Virus record (IMG/VR): IMGVR_UViG_3300025121_000033
DNA length: 25,417 bases
Origin: a virus
Taxonomy: Duplodnaviria; Heunggongvirae; Uroviricota; Caudoviricetes
Reading direction: 5' to 3' (one strand)
In this document: positions 1 to 7,794 of the stretch, one piece after another
Position numbering within the stretch: position 1 is the stretch's first letter
How the letters are laid out: each line of letters opens with the position of its first letter
Program-made: the position numbers and the translations under genes
Notes under the pieces: generated by a model
Seen by the model: only the letters and a program-made list of their open reading frames with translations
Database searches by the model: none
Told to the model about the DNA's origin: nothing

Positions 1-320
1 TTTACTTTGCCCTCAAGTGCGGCCTTTGCCAAACTGGTATCGACTTTGCCGTCTAGAATGGCTTTAATCAATTCCGGTTGAGCGTCAAGCTTTTCTAAGA
101 GAGGCTCGACACTCTTAAAGAATGTCCGCAACTCTCCCAGCTCTTGACCTTGAGAACCTAACTTCGTTTGCAACTCTTCATATTGGGTTTTAAAGTCACC
201 CTGACTAGCACCGGTATTGTGGCCTGAGTCCCCTGCGTTAGCGCCTCCCGCAGGATCAGTGGTAGAACCTCCAGCACTCCCCGCTTGGCCAGCGGATGCC
301 GGGAATAATTCATCTGCCAT
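1..320 (-). CDS. Probable capsid scaffolding protein, N-terminal part (runs off the left window edge)
   Basis: ATG at 320; hand translation MADELFPASAGQAGSAGGSTTDPAGG...DFKTQYEELQTKLGSQGQELGELRTFFKSVEPLLEKLDAQPELIK..., open to position 1. A disordered N-terminus followed by a YEELxxKLGxQGxELG coiled coil is typical of phage scaffolds; it lies downstream of the portal. Confidence 0.6.
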   Translation of the reverse strand, partial: MADELFPASAGQAGSAGGSTTDPAGGANAGDSGHNTGASQGDFKTQYEELQTKLGSQGQELGELRTFFKSVEPLLEKLDAQPELIKAILDGKVDTSLAKAALEGKV

Positions 321-363
321 ATAAATTCATATATTAAATTAAATAAACACTCTAAAAGATCCT

Positions 364-519
364 TTATGATATTTTTTTACTGTTCTTAAAGTTTTTCTTC
401 GCCAAATCCTTGGTGATGGAGACAAGATCGACCCCTTTTTTATTGGCTTCTTCTCCGTCTTTACTCTTATCTACTAAGGCTTTAACAGCCGAAAAACTTG
501 ATAATACTTCGCTCTTCAT
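364..519 (-). CDS. Small Lys-rich hypothetical protein (51 aa)
   Basis: Not in the ORF track (<60 aa). Hand translation MKSEVLSSFSAVKALVDKSKDGEEANKKGVDLVSITKDLAKKNFKNSKKIS*; TATATG start context; tiles between its neighbours. Confidence 0.5.
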   Translation of the reverse strand: MKSEVLSSFSAVKALVDKSKDGEEANKKGVDLVSITKDLAKKNFKNSKKIS

Positions 520-534
520 ATATATATATTTTTT

Positions 535-687
535 TTAATATTTTATACTCTTTACCGGTTTGATTTTTTTGCTTTTAAAATTTTTTACCGCTGTTTTCAT
601 CACTGCGGATTTCTTAGCGGAAAAAACCATCGGCTTGTATTTTATTTTGCCAATAACTTTACTGGCAGAAATTTTTCCACGAGCCAT
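535..687 (-). CDS. Small highly basic hypothetical protein (50 aa)
   Basis: Hand translation MARGKISASKVIGKIKYKPMVFSAKKSAVMKTAVKNFKSKKIKPVKSIKY*; AATATG context; ATG lies 2 nt from the previous gene's TAA. Confidence 0.55.
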   Translation of the reverse strand: MARGKISASKVIGKIKYKPMVFSAKKSAVMKTAVKNFKSKKIKPVKSIKY

Positions 688-688
688 A

Positions 689-865
689 TTATTTTTTCTT
701 AAGATTCTTTTTTACCTTACCACTAACAGACTTCATCAAATTAGTGTGCTCTCCTTTTTCCATCGTGCCGGCCTCCATTTTTTCTTCATGGCCGCCTTTC
801 TCATGCATTCTTTTCATCATCGCGTCCATGACTTTTTTAGATTTTGGACCCATCATCTTTTTCAT
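689..865 (-). CDS. Small Met/Lys-rich hypothetical protein (58 aa)
   Basis: Hand translation MKKMMGPKSKKVMDAMMKRMHEKGGHEEKMEAGTMEKGEHTNLMKSVSGKVKKNLKKK*; tiles with its neighbours. The + strand ORF 560..907 is its shadow. Confidence 0.6.
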   Translation of the reverse strand: MKKMMGPKSKKVMDAMMKRMHEKGGHEEKMEAGTMEKGEHTNLMKSVSGKVKKNLKKK

Positions 866-876
866 AAAATTGAAAA

Positions 877-1167
877 TTATTTAATCATACCGATCTTCTC
901 GATCTGAAGATCAAAATTTTCTCTGCGTTTTTTCTCGTTATCATTTTTATTTTCGTTAATAGAATGACCAATTATGCAGCATTCCATCACGAGTTTAACA
1001 TTCTGACCAACTTCTTGACCAGCCAAAGACGGCGCCTGCTCCGCGTTCAAGTAAAGTGTTGGATAAGGCATACCGATAGGACAATCCATACCTTTACTTT
1101 TTTTCTGCGTCTTTTTCGCAGAATGCATCTTCACCTGGTTTAATAATACTTCTCTTTTTGATGCCAT
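877..1167 (-). CDS. Hypothetical phage protein (96 aa)
   Basis: Track ORF 877..1197. Start moved to ATG 1167 (MASKREVLL), which has the AATATG context and abuts the upstream stop at 1169. Confidence 0.7.
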   Translation of the reverse strand: MASKREVLLNQVKMHSAKKTQKKSKGMDCPIGMPYPTLYLNAEQAPSLAGQEVGQNVKLVMECCIIGHSINENKNDNEKKRRENFDLQIEKIGMIK

Positions 1168-1168
1168 A

Positions 1169-1402
1169 TTATTTTTTCTTAGGCCGCAACGAACCAAGAT
1201 TGGTCCAATCGCGCACTGGAGTCGTTACCGGCATTAAATTCTTATACGGTTTCCCGAACACAGAATCACTCGGCCGAACGCCAAGTTTTATATCACTCGC
1301 GCGTGTCCCAGTTAATTTCGGTTTAACACCAAACGAAGCTGATTTTGAAACAGCTTTTTTTAACAAAGACCTCTTCGCTGATTTTAATGTGTCTAAAGCC
1401 AT
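1169..1402 (-). CDS. Small basic hypothetical protein (77 aa)
   Basis: Track ORF 1169..1426; start moved to ATG 1402 (MALDTLKSAKRSLLKK); K/R/S/P-rich. Confidence 0.6.
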   Translation of the reverse strand: MALDTLKSAKRSLLKKAVSKSASFGVKPKLTGTRASDIKLGVRPSDSVFGKPYKNLMPVTTPVRDWTNLGSLRPKKK

Positions 1403-1406
1403 ATTT

Positions 1407-1583
1407 TTATTTATGCATTTTACCAAGAGTCTTGGCGAGGATCTTTCTTCGTTTCATAAGCGAAGAGTCACCTTCTTTAACTGATAATTTTGAAGCAGGG
1501 ATTTTTTTACTCTGCGGAATATTTAGCGCAGAATGCAACGCGCCCGGCTTCTTTATCGCTCCTGCGATCCAATTCTTTGCCAT
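1407..1583 (-). CDS. Small basic phage protein of the 'NWIxGAIKKPGALH' type (58 aa), function unknown
   Basis: Not in the track. Hand translation MAKNWIAGAIKKPGALHSALNIPQSKKIPASKLSVKEGDSSLMKRRKILAKTLGKMHK*; resembles a motif I recall from small head-region proteins of uncultured phages; TATATG context. Confidence 0.7.
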   Translation of the reverse strand: MAKNWIAGAIKKPGALHSALNIPQSKKIPASKLSVKEGDSSLMKRRKILAKTLGKMHK

Positions 1584-1602
1584 ATAAAATTGTTATAAAT
1601 TA

Positions 1603-1632
1603 ATCATAACACAAGTACGCATTTTAATCCAA
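1603..1632 (-). promoter_or_regulatory. Sigma70-like promoter with conserved spacer 12-mer TGCGTACTTGTG
   Basis: Minus strand TTGGAT-18nt-TATGAT with TG extended -10; 12-mer at 1610-1621; -10 lies 20 nt upstream of ATG 1583. Confidence 0.55.
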
Positions 1633-1634
1633 TT

Positions 1635-1943
1635 TTACACAGCGCCACTATTTTTCTCGTTACGGTGTCTTTTTAATTCGGCGACGTATATACCAAGATC
1701 CATCAGACCCATTCGTGTGCCTTGGCTTCGTGCGGTCTCAGTAGGATTCTTAAACGGGTCGATACTGAAAAGCGCCTGCTCGGCTAAACGCATCCGGTAA
1801 GCGTTATACTTCTGATAAGCTTCCCAGAATTTCGACTCAGACAGTTCTATTAAAAGCTGTTCCATCTCAGAATCTGTCATTTCGACGTCTTTCGCATCAA
1901 GAACTGGCTCATTTTGAGCCTTTTTAGTAGTTTTTTTCTTCAT
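1635..1943 (-). CDS. Hypothetical helical protein downstream of the portal (102 aa), possibly head-assembly related
   Basis: Track ORF, TATATG start, globular helical composition; function inferred from position only. Confidence 0.7.
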   Translation of the reverse strand: MKKKTTKKAQNEPVLDAKDVEMTDSEMEQLLIELSESKFWEAYQKYNAYRMRLAEQALFSIDPFKNPTETARSQGTRMGLMDLGIYVAELKRHRNEKNSGAV

Positions 1944-1961
1944 ATATGTATATTAATTAGC

Positions 1962-2231
1962 TTAAATTAGCGGTTTCTTGGCTAACATTGGCTTTTTTAA
2001 TGGTGCAACTGCCTTCTGGACAGTGTTCCCGACGCTTTTTAGCGCAGGAGACACCACTGGCTTAACTGGCTTAGCCAATTTACCAAACGCAGAGGCCTGA
2101 TTCCGCACAGCCGCGGCCTTTTGTTGGCCTAATTGACCAGTCGGGTAGTACTTTATTGGCTTTTTAGGAGGCATTTTGTAAGCTGGCGGTTTAATTGGTT
2201 TTGGGCTGCCCCATATTGTGGCTTGATCCAT
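1962..2231 (-). CDS. Lys/Pro-rich hypothetical protein (89 aa)
   Basis: Track ORF with repeated KKP/KP motifs; TATATG start. Confidence 0.6.
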   Translation of the reverse strand: MDQATIWGSPKPIKPPAYKMPPKKPIKYYPTGQLGQQKAAAVRNQASAFGKLAKPVKPVVSPALKSVGNTVQKAVAPLKKPMLAKKPLI

Positions 2232-2288
2232 ATATTTGTTTTTTATTAGTTAAAAGATTGTAGATAAGGCAAATCGACCGAAGTAGCC

Positions 2289-2420
2289 TTATTTTGCGCA
2301 ATTCTTTACTAGTTTTTGCGCTATTTTACGCTTTTTCTTCTTTAAACTACCTATTTGCACTACCATTCTGTTTTGGCTGTCCGCAGTAGTAACGGGGCCA
2401 TTAAAATTTGGAGTGTCCAT
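2289..2420 (-). CDS. Small basic hypothetical protein (43 aa)
   Basis: Hand translation MDTPNFNGPVTTADSQNRMVVQIGSLKKKKRKIAQKLVKNCAK*; ATG 8 nt after the portal stop; TATATG context. Confidence 0.45.
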   Translation of the reverse strand: MDTPNFNGPVTTADSQNRMVVQIGSLKKKKRKIAQKLVKNCAK

Positions 2421-2427
2421 ATAATAT

Positions 2428-4548
2428 CTACTGTTGAATGTTGAAAGTTCTGTTGAGAAGCGCGCTTGTAGGGTTGCTATTCTGATTCACATTAATATTA
2501 GTATTTACCTTCCCTGTCCTGTTCATACCACGCGGATTACCCATTGGAGGCCTTAAAGCACCTCTCTGTTTTGTCGTGTCAGCGGCAGTCGGAGGGGCGC
2601 CAGCTTTTAAGAGGTTAATAGGTGCACCAGCTTCAGCAAATTGGCCCTGGCCGCCTTGTACGGCGACTTCCGGAGTTCCCATAAGGGACATAACCTGCTG
2701 TAGCACATCAGGGGGCACATTTCCGGGAGACAATCCCCCCACTTGGCCTTCCATGCCAGGAGGCATTTGGCCAGCCATTTCTGGCGGCATACCCTCAGCT
2801 CCAGGCATTCCTGGCTGAGCGCCTTCCATACCGGGCAGCATTCCCTCCATGCCAGGTTGTTGTTCTGAAGCGATAGATTCCAAATTCCAGTTCCAGTCGC
2901 GCAATACTTTGCTGACAAGTTTCTTTTGATCAACAAATGGCAAAGTGACAAGCAGTTGGAATAAATCCATGTCCTGCTTTTTATTTATATCATTCTGACC
3001 AGCGATCGAAGGCAACACCGTAGCGCGGAAGTCAAATTCACCATTCAGATCGTCTTTCTCGATCAGTGGGTATTCCGTCATACCGTCATCACCAGTGATT
3101 CTGATTATCATCGATTTAGTCCAGAACTGCCTATACATCGAAATCCAACAGCGCAACACATCAGCGAATCCGTCGCCTAAGTGGTTTACATATAAGCGCA
3201 CGCGCTCAAGAGTAGACTCGCGCAAATGCCGAACCGCTGTAGCACTTTGACCAGCTGCACCAGCGCCCATAGAAAAGTCATCTACGCCGGAAGCATAACG
3301 CATATCACTCTTCAGCAATTCTTCTTCCTTATACGCACTCGCTTTAATATCAGAAAATTCTATTTCGCGCACACCATTCGGATCAGTAGAATATACGATA
3401 CCGAACGGTCTGGTGACTAATTCTTGTTTATTAATATTTGCAAGCGGATTCACAATCCACATTTTGTGGATGTTCAAAGTCATCGCGTCAAGGCGTTGGT
3501 TCTTAACCATATTCAACATGATCTGGGGATTTTCTAAAATCATCGGCAGACCATACCCCTCAAATTCATGCGGAACTTTTAAATAAGGCACATCAAAAAA
3601 CGGCGCTTCTTTAAAGTCATATGGGATGGGCATAAAACCACCCTTCAATATCGGCACGTCATTTACCATAACAGCGTAAGCATCGTCATATGGCCTCCAC
3701 CAACAGAACACTTCGTGCATCTTTAAATCAGGATCTGACTGTGTTTGGTAAATATCCCACGCCACCGCGCCACCCTGACGATAATCAGAACCCTTATTAA
3801 TATAATTATGAGCCGTCTTAACTTCATTACGGATAGAACCGTAGTCAGTCAAATCAGCACCGCCATGAGCGAACGCCATTTCTAAACGTTTTTTATCATG
3901 CCCAGGGAAACGTCTTTTAATTTCCTGGCCAGTTAACACTTGCCGCTTAAACCAGAATTGCTTGCTTTCACGATTGATGTTGTGCCAGTCATACCACAGA
4001 GCATAGTTGTCAACCCACTCCAAAGTCGGAGCATCATAGAAAACTTGTTTTTTCTTTTCCCATTTCAATTTCTTTTTAGATAAATCTTTTACCGTCAAAA
4101 ATTCATGCTCACGCACATCCTTCTTCCACCCGACTTCGAGAAACCCGCTGCCATAAACCAAAGACGACCGGACTAAATCTTCTACAACTTTATCAGCGCG
4201 AGCCTTTTCCCAAGTATAATCGCAAAGCGTTTGCACTTTTGGCGCGCGCAACTGGTCATCTTCGCTTCTGCCCTGGACGGCAAAATCAGGCCGCGCGTCT
4301 AAAATACGCGGCATTAAAGTTTCAACTACAGCCTGCACATACGGGACAAAGATATTAGCTTGCCAGTTTTTAATTTCTTTCCCCCTATCCCCGTTATAGG
4401 CGATATAAAGTTTATAAGACCGATCGAGTCTCGGCTTGATACAGTTTAAAAAATAAAGTTTCGCGTCTTCTTTTTGGAGCAGAAACTTTGCCATCATTTT
4501 TTCTTCATCTTTTCCGAAGTGACTCGCTTGGTACATTAGCGTTGACAT
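2428..4548 (-). CDS. Portal protein (P22/podovirus-like) with a low-complexity C-terminal tail
   Basis: 706 aa directly downstream of terL. Portal-like segments IFVPYVQAVVETLMPRI, PHEFEGYGLPMILENPQ...NMVKNQRLDAMTLNIHKMWIV and RYASGVDDFSMG...QSATAVR; M/P/G-rich tail after about residue 560. Confidence 0.9.
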   Translation of the reverse strand: MSTLMYQASHFGKDEEKMMAKFLLQKEDAKLYFLNCIKPRLDRSYKLYIAYNGDRGKEIKNWQANIFVPYVQAVVETLMPRILDARPDFAVQGRSEDDQLRAPKVQTLCDYTWEKARADKVVEDLVRSSLVYGSGFLEVGWKKDVREHEFLTVKDLSKKKLKWEKKKQVFYDAPTLEWVDNYALWYDWHNINRESKQFWFKRQVLTGQEIKRRFPGHDKKRLEMAFAHGGADLTDYGSIRNEVKTAHNYINKGSDYRQGGAVAWDIYQTQSDPDLKMHEVFCWWRPYDDAYAVMVNDVPILKGGFMPIPYDFKEAPFFDVPYLKVPHEFEGYGLPMILENPQIMLNMVKNQRLDAMTLNIHKMWIVNPLANINKQELVTRPFGIVYSTDPNGVREIEFSDIKASAYKEEELLKSDMRYASGVDDFSMGAGAAGQSATAVRHLRESTLERVRLYVNHLGDGFADVLRCWISMYRQFWTKSMIIRITGDDGMTEYPLIEKDDLNGEFDFRATVLPSIAGQNDINKKQDMDLFQLLVTLPFVDQKKLVSKVLRDWNWNLESIASEQQPGMEGMLPGMEGAQPGMPGAEGMPPEMAGQMPPGMEGQVGGLSPGNVPPDVLQQVMSLMGTPEVAVQGGQGQFAEAGAPINLLKAGAPPTAADTTKQRGALRPPMGNPRGMNRTGKVNTNINVNQNSNPTSALLNRTFNIQQ

Positions 4549-4561
4549 ATATTATATATAA

Positions 4562-6001
4562 TTAGTATGCTGTTGATTTTGGTAGATGTTCTGATTCATC
4601 AATCTGGTTTAATTTGCCCGTGTACAATATTTTAAACCCCTGGAACGCGATTCCAGCCGCGAAGATCGCGTCGTCATGATAACCATCTTGAGCGATCATA
4701 TCATTATTAATGTTGTAAACGAAAGTTAACATTTCATCCAGTAAATCTTTGCTGTGTATTTTTAAAACTCCATCGCGCAACGCTTGCGCTAAATCATCTA
4801 TTAAAATAATTCTGGTTAATTTAGTCGTTCGCCAACCGAGCTTGTCAGTGTAACTTACGCCAATCGTTTCAAACTTAGTCGGCCTGTAGTACAACGACGG
4901 ATAAGATAATTGTTTTAAAACGGTTAGTGTGGTTAAGCCATGGTTGTTAACTTCAACTACCAACAGCGCGTTATTATAAATTTTTCCAAATTTACTGCAG
5001 AGTTCGGCTAATCTGTCAGGCGCAATCAGTCCGCGGTACATCGCAACTTCTTCCCCGGTATTCCTGTCGAAAATTATTGCCACCGAATAGTCACCGCCTT
5101 GCACGCCTTCGGAAACGTCTACGCCCATCACGTATAAATGGTCTTTGTCAGGGTCGCTATAAATTATAAATCCCTCTTCCTCACGCACTTTTTTACCACT
5201 TGCTTCCGGATACTCGTCGCCGACATTCAGAAGATTCATTCTTTGCTTTCTAACAACATTGTAGTCAAAGACCGGGCGGCCAGACGAAAGAAACTCAAGG
5301 TTATACTCTTGCGCGAATCTAAGCGGATCGTTCATTCTACGCGCTATTAAATCGACCTCTTCTCGTGAATATCCCCACCACCAGCCGTATTCTTTTTTAG
5401 TATAGCCATTATTTTTTGACGACCAGATTCGGTGGTATAAATTTGCGACACCATTTGGTGTTGATTCCACGACGATAGTTCCCTTTTCGGCAGTCGCCTC
5501 AAGAGACGCCATCTTTTCTTCTGCTTTCTCCCAAAAAGCCAGCTCAGTACAAAGACAATAATTTAAAGTATACCCACGCCCTACGTTCTCAGTAGACGGC
5601 AGAACTATAATCTTAGAATCAATCTTCGGAAAACTGATTTCATGTTTTGAATTGTAATGAATTGTCGGCTTCAATTGGTCCGGAGTTGTGCGATAAAAAG
5701 TTTTAATTTTATCCAGCAACTCAGAAGTCAAGTCGCTGTTGTAGCCAATCAAAGCCGTGTTCGTCCCCGGAGTGGTGATTGTTTTATGATAAAAATAACC
5801 AGCCACTGCGGTAGACATCCCAAGCTGACGTGATTTAAGAATTATAATACGCTGGTCAGTGTTAAGCGAATTAAATAAATCTTTCTGCGCGTCATTTAAA
5901 ATGAACGGTTGCAAACCCTTTTCTTTGGTCTTGATCTTACAAAAATTTTCAAGATAAAATTTTGGGTCCTTAATCTTGTCCAACAACTCAATATTATTCA
6001 T
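4562..6001 (-). CDS. terL: Terminase large subunit
   Basis: Walker A region IIILKSRQLGMST, Walker B LCTELAFW, coupling motif VESTPNG, RNase H-like nuclease motifs GVDVSEG and HDDAIFA. Start moved from 6070 to ATG 6001 (MNNIELL, TATATG context). Confidence 0.95.
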   Translation of the reverse strand: MNNIELLDKIKDPKFYLENFCKIKTKEKGLQPFILNDAQKDLFNSLNTDQRIIILKSRQLGMSTAVAGYFYHKTITTPGTNTALIGYNSDLTSELLDKIKTFYRTTPDQLKPTIHYNSKHEISFPKIDSKIIVLPSTENVGRGYTLNYCLCTELAFWEKAEEKMASLEATAEKGTIVVESTPNGVANLYHRIWSSKNNGYTKKEYGWWWGYSREEVDLIARRMNDPLRFAQEYNLEFLSSGRPVFDYNVVRKQRMNLLNVGDEYPEASGKKVREEEGFIIYSDPDKDHLYVMGVDVSEGVQGGDYSVAIIFDRNTGEEVAMYRGLIAPDRLAELCSKFGKIYNNALLVVEVNNHGLTTLTVLKQLSYPSLYYRPTKFETIGVSYTDKLGWRTTKLTRIILIDDLAQALRDGVLKIHSKDLLDEMLTFVYNINNDMIAQDGYHDDAIFAAGIAFQGFKILYTGKLNQIDESEHLPKSTAY

Positions 6002-6527
6002 ATATGGATTTCTCCATGTCCGCGTCCTCGGCTCGTTTCTTTTGCACATCATCCGGAATTTGCGGGACATTTACTTCATATAAAATTTTACCGTCAATGG
6101 CGTTTTGATTTTTAAGAGTCGGCGTAGCGTTTTCTTTTTCAGCAATTTTAAGCAACAACTCTTCCCAATTTTTACCATCATTTTCTGACGCTTCATACTT
6201 GTCCAAACCAATTGATTTCAACAGTATGGCGTACGCTTTTAACTTTACGTCGTCTTTAACGGAGTGTAAGGTAATATCTTTTATACCGTTCACCAGTGTG
6301 TCCAAGCCCATACCATTGCGCGCCAGCGCTTCGTGGTACTCGCGCCTAATAGATAATTTATCAAGCGTCCGATACACCTCAGCGTCAGAATGAAACTTGG
6401 CCACCTTCTTCAGCTCGTTTATATCAGTGGTATAATTTAAAGCTTTAAGAAGCAGGTTCTGCTGGAACATCTGGCTCCGGTATTTTTTTGACGGACCGTT
6501 TATTATTGTGAGTGGTTTTAACTTCAT
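5994..6527 (-). CDS. Probable terminase small subunit
   Basis: 177-aa helical protein immediately upstream of terL, overlapping it by 8 nt; assignment rests on position and size. Confidence 0.55.
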   Translation of the reverse strand: MKLKPLTIINGPSKKYRSQMFQQNLLLKALNYTTDINELKKVAKFHSDAEVYRTLDKLSIRREYHEALARNGMGLDTLVNGIKDITLHSVKDDVKLKAYAILLKSIGLDKYEASENDGKNWEELLLKIAEKENATPTLKNQNAIDGKILYEVNVPQIPDDVQKKRAEDADMEKSIYE

Positions 6528-7170
6528 ATATTTCTTCGTTTTTGATTACTACCGGTAAATTACATACCCTCCGATACGCTTTACTGATCGTATATTTTTG
6601 GACACCTGTCTCTTCATTTTCGCAATTAATGTAATTAGAAACGTAATTTACAAATTGCGGATAAGTCATCTTCATGGATTCACCGTAGGCGAGCAATTCG
6701 ATTCTCTCATCCATCCACGCAACGAGTAGCACCCCTTCAAGCGTAATATACTCATAAGGGAACTTATAATCTTGCACAAACGGATCGCCAGTCGTTAATA
6801 AATCAGGGAACCAATCTTTTAAGTATGTGCCTATCGCCCAATTGCGCAAATCCTTGCTTATTAAATTACCAGACCTACCGACGTACCATTTCATAAAAGC
6901 ACCATACACATGGTAGTCGCTCCCGCCTACCATTTTCTTACCACTGCTAATCGTCCCCTTTCTGCCTCTATATCTGAATTTATCTCTCAACCAATGAAAT
7001 TTTACAATGGCTTCAAGACAATCATCAGAAAATTTCTTAATCACTCCGCGCATTCTGTTAACGTATTCGCCATATTCCATTGATTCGCCGCTTACCAGCT
7101 CAGGGTCGCACGCCCAATCCGCATATTTTTTGTCAAAGAGATCTGCATATCGTTTTTTGTGAATCTTCAT
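6445..7170 (-). CDS. Hypothetical protein (241 aa)
   Basis: Long track ORF with globular, aromatic-rich composition and AATATG start; its 3' end overlaps the next gene by 83 nt. Confidence 0.7.
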   Translation of the reverse strand: MKIHKKRYADLFDKKYADWACDPELVSGESMEYGEYVNRMRGVIKKFSDDCLEAIVKFHWLRDKFRYRGRKGTISSGKKMVGGSDYHVYGAFMKWYVGRSGNLISKDLRNWAIGTYLKDWFPDLLTTGDPFVQDYKFPYEYITLEGVLLVAWMDERIELLAYGESMKMTYPQFVNYVSNYINCENEETGVQKYTISKAYRRVCNLPVVIKNEEIYEVKTTHNNKRSVKKIPEPDVPAEPAS

Positions 7171-7189
7171 ATTTATTTTTCATATTCAT

Positions 7190-7789
7190 TTACTGTTGCG
7201 GAGGTCTCATCACTTCGCTGGCTAAATTATTAAACTTTCCCATTAGACCCGGCGCAGTGCCGCCGCCACTAGGAGGCGCGACAGGTGGCACCATTCCCAT
7301 AGTCGCAGGCGCGCCGCCAAGTTCAGGGCCTGGAGGAGGCAACTGGGCGCCAGTCGCGGCAGGCGCTTCGCCTTCCGGAGGTACGAAACCAGTAAGATTA
7401 TTAAACGCGATTTCGAACACTTCGAATAAATCGGGATCAGTTTCAGATAATTTTTCTAAGAACGCGCGCACTGATTCTGGATTTGCCGGATCAACACCAG
7501 CCTTCTTCATGATATCAAATAAGTCACGCAACAAACTGGAGCGTGCTTCATCAGTAATATTACTATCACTTATCTCTTTCGCTTTTAAGTTACTATTTTT
7601 GCTATTCAATTCAGCTGCCTTAGATTCTAAGTCAGCGACCATCTGCTCTTTGCTCATTGCGGAGGCTCCGCCTGGCATCGCCTCAACAGGGGGCATTTCA
7701 CCGCCCATCTGGGCGGCAGGCATCGGTGGCTGAGCGCCACCATTCTCTGACACTATTCTACCAACGTTCTGCGGTAATTTCATCGCCAT
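7190..7789 (-). CDS. Hypothetical protein with Pro/Gly/Met/Ala-rich termini and a helical core (199 aa)
   Basis: Track ORF; tiles with the 1015-aa gene (6-nt gap); TATATG start. Confidence 0.7.
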   Translation of the reverse strand: MAMKLPQNVGRIVSENGGAQPPMPAAQMGGEMPPVEAMPGGASAMSKEQMVADLESKAAELNSKNSNLKAKEISDSNITDEARSSLLRDLFDIMKKAGVDPANPESVRAFLEKLSETDPDLFEVFEIAFNNLTGFVPPEGEAPAATGAQLPPPGPELGGAPATMGMVPPVAPPSGGGTAPGLMGKFNNLASEVMRPPQQ

Positions 7790-7794
7790 ATATT

